The notes below the pieces were generated by a model that worked only from the letters and a program-made list of their open reading frames with translations, searched no databases and had not been told where the DNA came from. From the IMG/VR virus record IMGVR_UViG_3300038335_000131, positions 1-64,000 of that record: a stretch of DNA of 64,000 nucleotides, one strand, 5' to 3'. Position 1 is the first letter of the stretch. Each line of letters begins with the position of its first letter. Positions 49,001 through 58,354 of this stretch are shown here, in pieces. This stretch comes from an uncultured virus (IMG/VR IMGVR_UViG_3300038335_000131). Its lineage: Duplodnaviria; Heunggongvirae; Uroviricota; Caudoviricetes. The position numbers and the translations under genes are program-made.

Positions 49001-49012
49001 GTAATCTGTCAT
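46001..49012 (-). CDS. 1003-aa repeat protein (~19-20 aa L.DsG.G.D repeats), probable beta-solenoid fibre
   Basis: Dozens of LTDTGAGSD-like units with higher-order block duplication. Confidence 0.75.
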   Translation of the reverse strand: MTDYISIENQSDIICAEDMTSLLQEGGAPNVDLTDTGAGSDAVTQIAVGLALSDTGAGADNLGSGISARLPLSDTGTGTDVVNLLSVLLALAESGAGADIISGLNVSINISDSGSGNDIIDVVSRLITVAESGAGADIISSINVAITLPDAGAGSDATAINVSLALADSGTGNDSPAVNVLLNVPDSGLGSDAVNLIAALLALSDTGAGADTVAVNVSLALTDTGAGNDVVALVSALLTITDSGLGADLPGINVSLTLPDTGTGTDAAAINVSLSLADSGSGNDSPAVNVLLNVPDSGLGSDAVNLIAKLLALTDTGAGSDTVAVNVSLALTDTGAGSDVVNLIQRLISIPDTGAGTDNLQGLNVALTLPDAAGGTDSVSQIKVNLSLADSGTGNDSPAVNVLLNVPDSGLGADAVNLIAKLLALTDTGAGSDAVAVNVSLALTDTGSGSDVVNLAQWLVSVLDTGYGLDNVPGINVSLTLPDAGTGTDATAINVSLSLADSGTGNDSPAVNVLLNVPDSGLGADAVNLIAALLALTDTGAGSDAVAVNVSLALTDTGAGNDVVALISALLTISDSGIGADLPGINVSLTLPDSAEGTDSVSQIKVNLSLADSGTGNDVPAVNVLLNVPDSGLGSDAVNLITKLLALTDTGAGTDTVAVNVSLALTDTGAGSDIINMIAALLSLTDTGTGTDAVNINVSLSVSDTGAGADVISLIAALLSITDTGAGADVVANINALISIIESCTGSDAIARLLASLNISDTGAGADVVANINALISIIESGSGSDAIARLLASLNISDTGSGSDAVAQLSALITLAESCTGTDVIEKLSALIPVVESGAGSDAIARLLASLNISDTGEGTDIIAQLNALIQIVETGAGTDISPAINVSLSLADSGSGTDIISLVSALISIIDTGTGDDSAPSINVSLAIPDSGIGMDTISFIGTLVSLADSGIGVDVVINYRQDAKRVDITFVPRHGAMSMSPRKGSITMTPKKGNITFTKI

Positions 49013-49026
49013 AAAAACCTTTGCTC

Positions 49027-49896
49027 TTACAAATTATCTTCCCAACCCATGCATCTCAAGCTGCACGAAGCATCAGAACTTGCCCAATATATATTTGTTG
49101 ATTCTAAAACCATTTCAAACGAATGACTTAATTGCAAAGAACCTGACACGACGCGCGTCCCAAAGGCAGGAGGATTTGATGTAGAACTAATCGCACCATA
49201 CGAATTGTTCGGCGCAACCATCGCACCTCCTGAGGTTTGCGCGTATGACCCAAATATAGCAGCAGCTGTAGTGGGTACATAATTGCTGACAGATACAGAT
49301 ACCCATGTCGGAGTAGTTAAGCTGCCAGCCGATCCTGAAGCCATTGATGGCAACGCTGTCACATTTGACCCGGATGCGACCTTGTATTGCACCCGGCGTC
49401 CATATTGGATAAACGATAGCGGATAATAATTCGTTGCGCTCTGTGTTCTAATCCAGCCGACACGCGCTTTATAAGTGTAGCCGGTAGGCAAAGTAGGAGA
49501 TGTGGCAGACGTTGATAGCAACCCTGCGACAGTCGACCCATTATAAATAACCCATACCGAGTACCATGTTGAATATGCTGCCGAGCCAGTGTCGAGGCCG
49601 TTCGCACCGCTGGTAGTAGTCGCGATGGTCAGTGATACCGCAGATAACAACGCACCCAAATCCGATGCATCGGTAACCATAATTTTATCCGCTGTCACAG
49701 ATACATTAACGCTTGTGCCAGTCGCCGATAATTTTAAGTTCTCAAATCCTTTTGTCGCTTTTGACGATAGCATTGCCTTGAAATTGGCAAAGGTTATATA
49801 TTTGCTGATATAGCCGGAACTGTAAATACTCAGAAGAAGGAGGTCTGCGTCCGCGACTGAGGTCACTGCGTCTAATTGTGATACAGATTTATTCAT
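49027..49896 (-). CDS. Fibre-like accessory protein
   Basis: GANGLDTGS....TWY.VW.I, S.SAT.PTLP.GYT..ARVG. Confidence 0.6.
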   Translation of the reverse strand: MNKSVSQLDAVTSVADADLLLLSIYSSGYISKYITFANFKAMLSSKATKGFENLKLSATGTSVNVSVTADKIMVTDASDLGALLSAVSLTIATTTSGANGLDTGSAAYSTWYSVWVIYNGSTVAGLLSTSATSPTLPTGYTYKARVGWIRTQSATNYYPLSFIQYGRRVQYKVASGSNVTALPSMASGSAGSLTTPTWVSVSVSNYVPTTAAAIFGSYAQTSGGAMVAPNNSYGAISSTSNPPAFGTRVVSGSLQLSHSFEMVLESTNIYWASSDASCSLRCMGWEDNL

Positions 49897-49937
49897 TGCT
49901 TTTTCCCCTTATTAATTTATCCCCATCCGTAGGCTCA

Positions 49938-49998
49938 TTAACCTCACCATAAAAGCCCCCTCCCTACCCCTAAGGAGGGAGCTTCTAGCTGGGGTTAA
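49938..49998 (-). terminator. Terminator-like hairpin after the capsid cluster
   Basis: Minus AAGCTCCCTCC...GGAGGGGGCTTTT inside a larger TTAACC...GGTTAA inverted repeat. Confidence 0.55.
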
Positions 49999-50000
49999 AA

Positions 50001-50168
50001 CTATTTATCTTTTTTCTTTTCTTCTTTGACTTCCTCGACAACAAGCATCGGCTCTGCCTTAAGAATGTCGTATGTTTTTTTGTCCACTTCGATTTCCTGG
50101 GGCGTTTCTGTAAATTTTTTCCCGGCCCGGTGGAAGGTTTTTGAAATTGATCTCACTGATATAACCAC
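50001..50168 (-). CDS. HI1506-like small protein (gp35 position), 55 aa, not in ORF track
   Basis: MVISVRSISKTFHRAGKKFT...LKAEPMLVV; AAGGAG SD before GTG. Confidence 0.75.
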   Translation of the reverse strand: MVISVRSISKTFHRAGKKFTETPQEIEVDKKTYDILKAEPMLVVEEVKEEKKKDK

Positions 50169-50238
50169 GGTAATTCTCCTTTCTTGTTTTTAGATTGCCA
50201 CGCCGCCGAAGCGGCGTCTCGCAATGACAATTTATTTT

Positions 50239-51126
50239 CTATGCCAGCCAGGGCACGTTAACGGTCTTGACCGTGTTGTACCAGATGTTGCTGGCTCCGC
50301 CTGCCTGATTGGCCGCATCAATGGCCGTCTTGGCTGCTGATTCCAGCGTCGGGCCGTGGACAAGATGCGTCGGGATAACACCAAGCGGTGTTACGCCATC
50401 TTCACGAGTAAACGACATCATGGCCGCGCGCGCTGCCGCGTAACTGGTGGCATCAAGAGTTTGCTTGCTGCCGTAGCATAGTTGCCACAGGCCGAACCCG
50501 ACGTTTTTGCGGTCGTCAACGCCGTACATATATTTCTTTCGCATGAAGACCTGCTCATTATCGGGTTTGTCCATCGCAACAAATTCCGGTGTTTTTCTGA
50601 CCTGTAGAATTATGGGTTTGATTGCCCTGCGCAGATCCATGAGGAACCACGGCGCGCCGGAACCTCCGCCGCTATTACTGACTACAGCACCGTCCGGCCC
50701 CCAGGGATGGTCGGTATCGCAATAATACTGGTTGTCATAGCACTTGCTGGTAAAAGCCAGTTTCAGCAGGGCGAACACGAGAATGTCGGGATGTTCTTTG
50801 GCTGCCTGAGCAAGACCCTGAATCATCGGCGTGTACAAACCGATATTGTCGTCATCAATGTCGTCTCTATCAACGCCGATGGTGGCTTCATACGATTTGT
50901 TTTTGATGGTGAAATCAAATGCCGATAAGTCTTTGATGACTCTGTCGCCGATCCACTCTTTCATCATGGGGAAATCGGCCAGCCAAGGATATCCCTGCTC
51001 TTTAGATGTAGAGGGACAGCGCATGGCCACGAGGTCGCACATGCTGGGCGCACCCTCAAATGCCTGGTTGAAAATCACTTTAAACGATTTATACATCGCT
51101 TGCAAATTTGCCTGATTGACTATCAT
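50239..51126 (-). CDS. Major capsid protein (Mu gpT)
   Basis: Y.WL..FP.M.EW.GDR, V.RDDI.DD..G.Y, YGVD.R.NVGFG.WQ; AAGGAGG SD before MIVNQ. Confidence 0.92.
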   Translation of the reverse strand: MIVNQANLQAMYKSFKVIFNQAFEGAPSMCDLVAMRCPSTSKEQGYPWLADFPMMKEWIGDRVIKDLSAFDFTIKNKSYEATIGVDRDDIDDDNIGLYTPMIQGLAQAAKEHPDILVFALLKLAFTSKCYDNQYYCDTDHPWGPDGAVVSNSGGGSGAPWFLMDLRRAIKPIILQVRKTPEFVAMDKPDNEQVFMRKKYMYGVDDRKNVGFGLWQLCYGSKQTLDATSYAAARAAMMSFTREDGVTPLGVIPTHLVHGPTLESAAKTAIDAANQAGGASNIWYNTVKTVNVPWLA

Positions 51127-51215
51127 TTGGAAAAATCCTCCTTTTAAAAAAATTGTGAAAGGTGAATGGTGAAGAGTGAATTGTTTTTTATTCACCCTTC
51201 ACGCTTCACGTGTTT

Positions 51216-52193
51216 TTATACTGTACTTAACGTAGCGCCGTCGTTGACAACAACACGCCATACCAACGCGCCCGCTTTCTTCACGGCTTTGAGGACGATG
51301 GTATCGCCCGCGTCGTTGAGCGTGATGGTGTTATTACCTGTCTGATTGATCGCGGAAGCGGCGGTGATAACGCAGTCGCCGCCATCCACATCCATGCTGA
51401 TGCCGATTTCTATTCCTGCTAGTCCGGGAATAGCGATGGTGCGAGTTTCCGCGCCCGTTGTGGTAATTGCAACGGTACCGGACTTGGTCACAGGGATTGC
51501 GCCCGATGCACCGGGATCAGTAATGGCTACTGGAATTTTGGGATATATTTCCTGTAGAGCGCCTTCCACATCTGTCTGCGCGGTATGGTTCCCGGCGTCT
51601 GTAATTGATATGGCCGAAGCGGCATGGGCAGCTGATGTATCGGCAATGTGCGTGGCCACATCGGCCTGTCTGATTGCCGGTTCAATATCAATAAAGGCAT
51701 GGGTAGAATCGATATACTCGGCGATAACACCGCAGAAAATATCATTCGTAGTGTTTGCTGTTAGATCGACGGTCTCATCATCCACAAGGAAAACGTTGTC
51801 GCCGACATTGGCCTGGGTAATGGCATGGCCCAAAGTAGCCTTTACAAGTCCGCGTCTTAATACCAAGCCGGTTAAGTCACCATTGCTGCCCAGGGAATTA
51901 TCCACATACGCACGGGATATCCCCTGGAAAATCAAGGCTGCCGTATCCGCGCCGGGTACAAGAAAACCTGCCGCGTTCACGCATGCCCACGCGCCCGCAA
52001 ATATTTTAGTTGCTGCCGCAACGGGTACGGGAACTTCCACGCCTTCTTTGTATTCCGTTTTTTTATCTGCCGTTAACGCGCCGCGCTGTGAAAGCAATGT
52101 CCGACCGAAAGTGCCTCTGCGGTTCGGGTCTGTCAAAAATGTGAGCAGCAATATAAAAATCGCCGCTATAATTAATCCGATTAAATGTAACAT
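51216..52193 (-). CDS. Capsid decoration/cement-like protein with N-terminal hydrophobic leader and C-terminal extension
   Basis: ALTAD..T, PVAAATKI.AG, VDN..G..G, D.TV; between protease and capsid. Confidence 0.65.
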   Translation of the reverse strand: MLHLIGLIIAAIFILLLTFLTDPNRRGTFGRTLLSQRGALTADKKTEYKEGVEVPVPVAAATKIFAGAWACVNAAGFLVPGADTAALIFQGISRAYVDNSLGSNGDLTGLVLRRGLVKATLGHAITQANVGDNVFLVDDETVDLTANTTNDIFCGVIAEYIDSTHAFIDIEPAIRQADVATHIADTSAAHAASAISITDAGNHTAQTDVEGALQEIYPKIPVAITDPGASGAIPVTKSGTVAITTTGAETRTIAIPGLAGIEIGISMDVDGGDCVITAASAINQTGNNTITLNDAGDTIVLKAVKKAGALVWRVVVNDGATLSTV

Positions 52194-52261
52194 TTGTAAC
52201 CTCCTTTAAAATTCGTAAATGGTGAAGGGTGAATGGAAAAAGACTTCACTTCTCACGTTTG

Positions 52262-53341
52262 TTATTTGTCGTATTTTTTATACGTCTCTTCGTCGACGCC
52301 CATCATTTTATTGATGGATACCTGCGTTTCATCCAGAGCGCCTTCGACATGTTTGTCTTCGTTCACCACTCTGCCCATGACGACGACCACGGGCGCTTTG
52401 GCGACGAAGACCTTGAAACCTTCCAGATCATCCTTGGCATACTTATCGGCCCAGTCTTTCTGCGCCGGTGTGATCTTGCCTTCCTTCATGGCCAGGGCCA
52501 CGACTTCGGTTGCGTCCTTCAGCGTCAGTTTGTCCTTGAGATCTTTTACGGTCTGAGCTAACCCGCCGACCTGATCGTGCGATTGCTTCATCGCCATGAT
52601 GGTGCCGGTGACTTCGGCCTCGGTTGCCGTCTCCGGCAAGCCCAGCGCCGTCAGGACAGCTTTGTTCGCCACAACAACGACGCTACCGCTCTTGAGTTTA
52701 TTCACCATCGCGATTACTTCGGCTTCAGTCGCCGTCTCCGGCAAGCCCAGCACTGCAAAGACGCCCTTATTGGCCACAATGCCTATAAGTTTGTTTACTG
52801 CCGCGATGACGTCGGCTTCGGTTGCCGTCTCGGCCAGGCCGAGAAGTTTCAACAATGCTTTCATCGTTACTTCCTCCTTATTTTCAAATTGGATTTGATA
52901 TCCCGATTTATTCACGAGCGGCACCATGCCGTCGATATTCGGTTGATTGGTGAGGGCCATATTGATTAGTTCGACGACCCTGTTGTCGGATATCCGTTTC
53001 AGAAAAACCGGCGACGTGTATTTATATTCCTTGTTAGCCAGATATTGTTTGGCCCTATCCGTCCAGTTGACAACAGCCCATATTCCGTCTTTGCCCTTGT
53101 CGATCAGTTTGGTAATCCATCCGGCTGCCGGGGCCTCCGTTCCCTGAAGAGTCTGGTGCTCGTAATCAATGACCATTTGATTTTTTTTATTTTCAAAGGC
53201 GGCGATCACGATAGGAGCGCTTTGTTCGTCCAGAGTGAATGGCCCTTTCGGTGTCTGGATTTCGACGCCGTAAGGAATCGCCTGAATTTCTTCCGGGACG
53301 CCTATTATTTCTTTGCAGATTAATTGCAGTAGATGTTTCAT
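52262..53341 (-). CDS. Mu-like protease/scaffold (gpI/Z)
   Basis: VIDYEHQTL, APAAGW, V.WT.RA, EY.Y.SPVF, ALTN.P; three LGL.ETATEA repeats. Confidence 0.9.
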   Translation of the reverse strand: MKHLLQLICKEIIGVPEEIQAIPYGVEIQTPKGPFTLDEQSAPIVIAAFENKKNQMVIDYEHQTLQGTEAPAAGWITKLIDKGKDGIWAVVNWTDRAKQYLANKEYKYTSPVFLKRISDNRVVELINMALTNQPNIDGMVPLVNKSGYQIQFENKEEVTMKALLKLLGLAETATEADVIAAVNKLIGIVANKGVFAVLGLPETATEAEVIAMVNKLKSGSVVVVANKAVLTALGLPETATEAEVTGTIMAMKQSHDQVGGLAQTVKDLKDKLTLKDATEVVALAMKEGKITPAQKDWADKYAKDDLEGFKVFVAKAPVVVVMGRVVNEDKHVEGALDETQVSINKMMGVDEETYKKYDK

Positions 53342-53805
53342 TACATATCCCCTTTTTGCTGTAGGTAGTTTCTCATGCCGTCGCGATAAAGAACGGCCCC
53401 ATCGACTTGACCCGCCGCGATTCTCACCCAGGGACGACCTTTCATGCCCTTGACTGATCTGACCGGGTGCGATGCGCCGGGCCAGTAAAGCGCCTGTTTG
53501 CTTTTGGGCACGATCTTTGTTTTATGCGGGCCGTAAAGACCGGTGCCTTCGTGAACATAACCGGCATACGGCGCGGTGAAAGCCAGCGTGCCGCGTGTTC
53601 CGTCATCATTAACGCGGCTTGTGCGCGTACGCTTCATGTTGCTTGTTTTCTGCGGCGCGTCTTTGACCGAGATCGCTTCAACCGTGGTCAGCCAGTTGGT
53701 CATGCCCGCCCTTCGTGCGGGTTTCATGTCATCTCGAAGGTTTTTAAATAACCTTCCCGGATCTGGCTTTATGTTCATGTTTATTTCCATACGTTCACCA
53801 TTCAC
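53341..53805 (-). CDS. Virion morphogenesis protein (HK97 gp10 / Mu G-like)
   Basis: APYA.YVHEGTG, I.PK.KQAL.W, V.G....P. Confidence 0.7.
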   Translation of the reverse strand: MNGERMEINMNIKPDPGRLFKNLRDDMKPARRAGMTNWLTTVEAISVKDAPQKTSNMKRTRTSRVNDDGTRGTLAFTAPYAGYVHEGTGLYGPHKTKIVPKSKQALYWPGASHPVRSVKGMKGRPWVRIAAGQVDGAVLYRDGMRNYLQQKGDM

Positions 53806-53808
53806 TTT

Positions 53809-55941
53809 TCACGGTTTCACGCGCTTAATCACGATTCCGTGACAATGCGGATGATACGGCGGCAATAAGCCCCTGGCCACGAGGGCCTCTGCATTGGCGA
53901 CGGTCGGCGCAATTTTCTGGATGTCCTTCGTGTACTGATCAGGCGTCATGCCCGCCTGCTTGGTCATTGTGTTGTAGGCCGTGGCCACGCTGATGACTTT
54001 GCCGTTCATCGCCGCGCAGAAATCGCATTCCATTGTCGGCTCGTAAACTTCCAACTCGGTGATCCCGGCTTCGTGGAGCTGCGCCGTTGCCGCCCAGTTC
54101 TGTGCCCTGGTTACTGACGTATCGATGATCCGGCTGACCTGAAAATCTTCCAGATCGGAAAGTTTCTGGCCGAAGAGATCCCGGAAGGCCTGATAGTTTT
54201 CCGGCAGGGCGCGTTTGAATAATGCTTCGCCGTCCTGCAGGTAGCGCTCCGTCAAAAACGATTTGACGGTTTCGACCGCGTCCGGATTCTGCACCCACTT
54301 GGAAATATAAAAATTATCGACTTTGGACAGGAAGTTCATGGCGCGCAGATCCGGCCCGCCAAAATCGGTGATAGTTATATCGGCAAAGCGGAAATTCTTA
54401 TAAATAATTTCGACGGCTTTTTTGATGACCGGCCTGTCCACTACGCTGAGGGCCGCGCCCAGGATGCTCTGTATGGAGGCGATGAATTCGGCCTGCGTGG
54501 GCGGCGTCTTCTGCTTTTGCAGATAGGATTCGATTTCGTCAAGAGCGCCGAAGCGGGCATTCTGCAGAGAAGGTTTGATGGCGGACATATAGGCGGCGAC
54601 CCAGTCGGGCGTGCCTTCTTTGTTGACCATGATCTTATTGGCCTGGCTGATCGCGTCGGGCGCGGGATTAAAACCTTCACCCAGGGAAAAAGGCTGCGCG
54701 GCTTTTAGTGTTATTTCTCCCTTTTCCGGTACGGGTATGCCGAAGCGATCATGAATGTGGCTTGCGGGTATGCCCTCAAAACCAGCGTCCTTGACCAGCA
54801 TGCCGTAGGTGCGGGCAATCTTTTCGAGATCTTCGCCTTCTTCAAAATGCAGTTTGAATATCGGCACGCCTTTGCCTGGGCCGTAATTAAAAATGACCCA
54901 AGGTGCGAGCATCTTAAATTTTATCGTCTTCTGTGCGGCTTTAGCGTCCGATTCTATGAGATCATGCCGCACGGCTTCCGATGCATTTTCTCCGCCCAGT
55001 TTGCCGGGTGTGCTTTCCGCGCTGCCGGTGTGGCCCAGCACGCCCTTGCTCATGGCCTTGTCGCAAAATTCTGCTAACCCTGAAAAAACACCGGTATCTC
55101 CCTTGCGTGCCGATTCTACCAGTTCGATAATCGAATTATCCGAGATCACTGCGGCGGCATCGACGCCCAGGTTGAAGACGGCTTTTTTGAGCGCGTCCTT
55201 TTCGGGATCGCCAGCGCCGGGTTTGTATTTGCCCACGCGCATCGGAACGGCAAACAGTTCGTTAAATATGACCCAGTCCTTGATGTCGTAATTTTTAAAC
55301 AGGTACATATAAGAGCAGGGCCGCAGTAATCCGCCGCGCGCCGTCGCTCCGGAGCGGGCCTTGTACTTGTGCAGGATGAATTTATTCGGCAGAAGATCTT
55401 CGCCCCATACAGGCGCTGCATCGGTGATCAGTTTAGGCATCTTTAACAAAGCGGCAGCAGAGTTGAAGGTGAAGCGCATCTGGTTGACCCATTCCGTCTC
55501 TTTAATCCATACTTGGCCTTCGGACATGTCCCACATGATTTCCTGAACGGAAAAGCCCTTACCGACGGCATCGAGCATGTCAAGAAGCATATCCTCAAAA
55601 TTTTCCATGTACTCGATCATCTGGATGGCGGCTTCGGCGATCTTCTTATCCTCGGCGGAATCGGATGCCGGGAGGATTTCCCACTCCAATCCGGTTATGG
55701 CCAGCTTTCTGGTTTGAAGAACGCCGCCGAGATGCAGGTCTTTTTCTTCCATTTCCATAAACAGTTCAGCCTGCCGCGTGATATCGCCCTGATCAGCCTC
55801 TTTGAAGATGGTCGCCAGGCGTTGCGGAGTCAGCCCCTGGGAGGGGTAAGAACCATACCGATCCCGGACGGTTTGAACCGCGACTTCTTCAAGAATCGGC
55901 TTATTTAATTTGATTTCTCGATTATATTGGTCGTACAGCAT
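53809..55941 (-). CDS. Portal (DUF935/gp29) fused to a MuF/gp30-like domain
   Basis: LF.EMEEKD.H, GLLR......FK.Y...DW, P.R.GKY; C-terminal C.FC...NG and PPYHPHC. Confidence 0.85.
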   Translation of the reverse strand: MLYDQYNREIKLNKPILEEVAVQTVRDRYGSYPSQGLTPQRLATIFKEADQGDITRQAELFMEMEEKDLHLGGVLQTRKLAITGLEWEILPASDSAEDKKIAEAAIQMIEYMENFEDMLLDMLDAVGKGFSVQEIMWDMSEGQVWIKETEWVNQMRFTFNSAAALLKMPKLITDAAPVWGEDLLPNKFILHKYKARSGATARGGLLRPCSYMYLFKNYDIKDWVIFNELFAVPMRVGKYKPGAGDPEKDALKKAVFNLGVDAAAVISDNSIIELVESARKGDTGVFSGLAEFCDKAMSKGVLGHTGSAESTPGKLGGENASEAVRHDLIESDAKAAQKTIKFKMLAPWVIFNYGPGKGVPIFKLHFEEGEDLEKIARTYGMLVKDAGFEGIPASHIHDRFGIPVPEKGEITLKAAQPFSLGEGFNPAPDAISQANKIMVNKEGTPDWVAAYMSAIKPSLQNARFGALDEIESYLQKQKTPPTQAEFIASIQSILGAALSVVDRPVIKKAVEIIYKNFRFADITITDFGGPDLRAMNFLSKVDNFYISKWVQNPDAVETVKSFLTERYLQDGEALFKRALPENYQAFRDLFGQKLSDLEDFQVSRIIDTSVTRAQNWAATAQLHEAGITELEVYEPTMECDFCAAMNGKVISVATAYNTMTKQAGMTPDQYTKDIQKIAPTVANAEALVARGLLPPYHPHCHGIVIKRVKP

Positions 55942-56048
55942 GATTATTTAGCCCCTGCTTCGCGCGACGTTATGTTTATAAACAGTGTCAATGAAACTCC
56001 CGCCCCAATGGGAGGGCAAAACTGCTGTGGGGCATTTTTGCGGCCTCA

Positions 56049-57623
56049 TCAGAAAGCCCCCCTGCTAAAAAAACCGCTTTCATTTTTAGATTCGTCATCA
56101 ATATCTCTTCCCGATGCCCACCTGTTGGCAACCGTCTCGTATTCTACCGGCCCGCCGTTCCATTCCTGCCTCGTTGCAAAGCAGGCCATTGCACCGGCAA
56201 TACCGGAATCGCCGTGGCGCTTTTTATTGTCCTTGCCCTTCTGCCGGATCTCTGGAAGTTTGGCGACTCCCTTAATGACTTTAAAGGCCCGGTGATCTTC
56301 GATGACATCAGCGTCTCTGGCCATCGTTATTGTCTGATCCTCAAATGCCGCTTTATAGGCGGGCATGTTTTCGCGGTACCATGCCTCGGTGATCATGACC
56401 TGCGCAATGCGTCCTTCGCCGTAACGCTGCATGGCGCGTTCCGCCAGATACTGGCCGTTGCCCCTGGCATCGAGCGCGCCGAACTGAAAGCGCGGCAGGC
56501 GATCGCAGATGTAATAGAGGATCTGCTCCTGCTGTTGGAACGGCATATTGCGCAGTTCGAGCTGAAAGAGTTCGCGCCAGTTGGCCTTCTGGTTTTCCAG
56601 CCAGAATTTCATGACGGTCAAATCGCCGGTGCGGGCAAAGTCCTCGCCGAAGACGGCATTTTGTTTTGAATCGATGCCAACAAGAAGAGGCTTTAGAATT
56701 TCCTCGCACCAATCGCTTACCTCGGCATGACGGATATGATCGGGAAGCGCGCCAAAGGATGTCTGCTGTTCATAGCGGATCACCTGTATGTCGGCGCTGA
56801 GGCATTTCTCGATGACGGCGCGAGTAAGGAAAACGCCGGTGCCCTGGCTCGGTATGCAGAAAAGTTCTTCATCCGCATCTTCGCCGTAGGAATCAATGAT
56901 GCCCTGCCGCCATGTTACCTCGGCCTCCGGCGACCATTGGCGTTTCAGAACTTCGCAGATACGTTTATAAAGTCCGTCTTGCAGGGCTTCATCAAACGTC
57001 ACGCGATGGAGGCTGTAAGGTTTCTTGCCCGCCCGGATATCCTGGATAACGGAGTTGAATTCGTTGCTGTCGCCGAAGTGTGTGGAGATAACGCGAACCT
57101 GACCGCCCCACATAAGCAATGCCATTGCCGCTTTCAGGAGGCCCGGCAGATCGTCATGGAAGGCCGCTTCGTCGATAACCACACGGCCCTGCTTGCCGCG
57201 CAGGTTTGTCGGCCTGCTGGAGAGAGCTGTAATGCGCCAGCCGGATTCAAAGGTGATTTTATAGGCAAGGATCTTCTGTTCTTTGACAATGCCCTGGTCA
57301 TCTTCGTCCGGTTCTTCATATTCATTAATGGATGATACAGCCATATTATAGGCGCGCGCCCAATTGGCGCAATCGTTGATAAATTCCAGCGCCATGTCTT
57401 TGGTGTAGCCGATGTACCAGACGTTGCGCTTTTCGCCGTTGCCTTTCTGTGATGCGTAAAGGGTATCGTCAGCGGCCTCGGCCCAGGAGATGCCGACACG
57501 CCGGGATTTTTCTATGAACTTGACATCGGCCTGATCCGCCACCCATCGTTGCTGATAGGGCAGGAGGATGCCGGTTGAACTGCGCGCCTGATCAAATTCG
57601 TTTTGATTGTTTTCTTTATCCAC
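56049..57623 (-). CDS. Terminase large subunit (gp28)
   Basis: LLPYQ..W, EKSRR.GISWAEA, NLRG.QG.V.IDEAAFH, DFAR.GDL, RHGD. Confidence 0.92.
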   Translation of the reverse strand: MDKENNQNEFDQARSSTGILLPYQQRWVADQADVKFIEKSRRVGISWAEAADDTLYASQKGNGEKRNVWYIGYTKDMALEFINDCANWARAYNMAVSSINEYEEPDEDDQGIVKEQKILAYKITFESGWRITALSSRPTNLRGKQGRVVIDEAAFHDDLPGLLKAAMALLMWGGQVRVISTHFGDSNEFNSVIQDIRAGKKPYSLHRVTFDEALQDGLYKRICEVLKRQWSPEAEVTWRQGIIDSYGEDADEELFCIPSQGTGVFLTRAVIEKCLSADIQVIRYEQQTSFGALPDHIRHAEVSDWCEEILKPLLVGIDSKQNAVFGEDFARTGDLTVMKFWLENQKANWRELFQLELRNMPFQQQEQILYYICDRLPRFQFGALDARGNGQYLAERAMQRYGEGRIAQVMITEAWYRENMPAYKAAFEDQTITMARDADVIEDHRAFKVIKGVAKLPEIRQKGKDNKKRHGDSGIAGAMACFATRQEWNGGPVEYETVANRWASGRDIDDESKNESGFFSRGAF

Positions 57624-57624
57624 T

Positions 57625-58080
57625 TTAAACTATCCCCAAAATACGCCGCGAAATATCTCTTGCGTCAGCATCCGACATGCCGCCTTTCTTGACGGCTTTG
57701 GCTACTTCCGCCGCTGCCGCATTAACTTTATCTCTGAACAGGCCGTTGCTCTCGGCCTGTTTGAATTTAACGACTAACGATCCCAGCTTTGTGAGACTAT
57801 CCATCAGAGCGCTGTCAATCGCGCCGGGTTGTCTCTCTTCGGCGTGGGTCAACTCCCGTTCCAGGAGGGCTTCCATGCGTAGGCCGAAGTTTGCTTTGCG
57901 GGCGCGTGCCTTATCCCATTCGTCGAGATCTTCACCCGGCTTTTTGGTCAGGCCTTTCCATGCGGATAGTGTCTGCCGGGATACGCCGAGTTCTGTTTCG
58001 ATGGCGGAAAGGGATTTCCCGTCGATGAACATCTGCCGGGCAACGGGTTCAAGTTGTATCTTGATTCCTTTCTCAGCCAA
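57625..58080 (-). CDS. Terminase small subunit (HTH)
   Basis: LGVSRQTLSAWK HTH, WDKAR; TTG start after GAGG. Confidence 0.75.
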   Translation of the reverse strand: MAEKGIKIQLEPVARQMFIDGKSLSAIETELGVSRQTLSAWKGLTKKPGEDLDEWDKARARKANFGLRMEALLERELTHAEERQPGAIDSALMDSLTKLGSLVVKFKQAESNGLFRDKVNAAAAEVAKAVKKGGMSDADARDISRRILGIV

Positions 58081-58081
58081 T

Positions 58082-58354
58082 TTAAAACCTCGTGAATAGT
58101 GAATAGTGAACGGTGAAAAAAATAATTATCAAAATCACCCATGCAGACACTGAAACAATTAACCGAGTGTTCCACTCAAAGTCATCCATCCAATCTAATA
58201 GAGCGTAAGCCTTGTCACCTGCCCAATCCATTACCCAAAGCAGAGAATAAAAAAGGATTAACGGGAAAAAGACTAACGACAGAATCAATGATTTTAAAAG
58301 TTTAATGATTGCCTTTTTCTTTTTACTATTCACTTTTAACCCTTCACCATTCAC
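58082..58354 (-). CDS. Small two-TM membrane protein bracketed by inverted heptamer repeats
   Basis: GTG overlaps upstream TAG; two hydrophobic segments. Confidence 0.5.
   Translation of the reverse strand: MNGEGLKVNSKKKKAIIKLLKSLILSLVFFPLILFYSLLWVMDWAGDKAYALLDWMDDFEWNTRLIVSVSAWVILIIIFFTVHYSLFTRF

Noticed and set aside
46001..49012. CRISPR array
   Set aside because: Repeats are degenerate, codon-periodic and inside an ORF; no unique spacers or cas genes.
51127..51195. N-terminal extension of the capsid in the ORF track (also 62772-62822 and 63461-63517 extensions)
   Set aside because: Translations of repeat DNA; better starts lie downstream.
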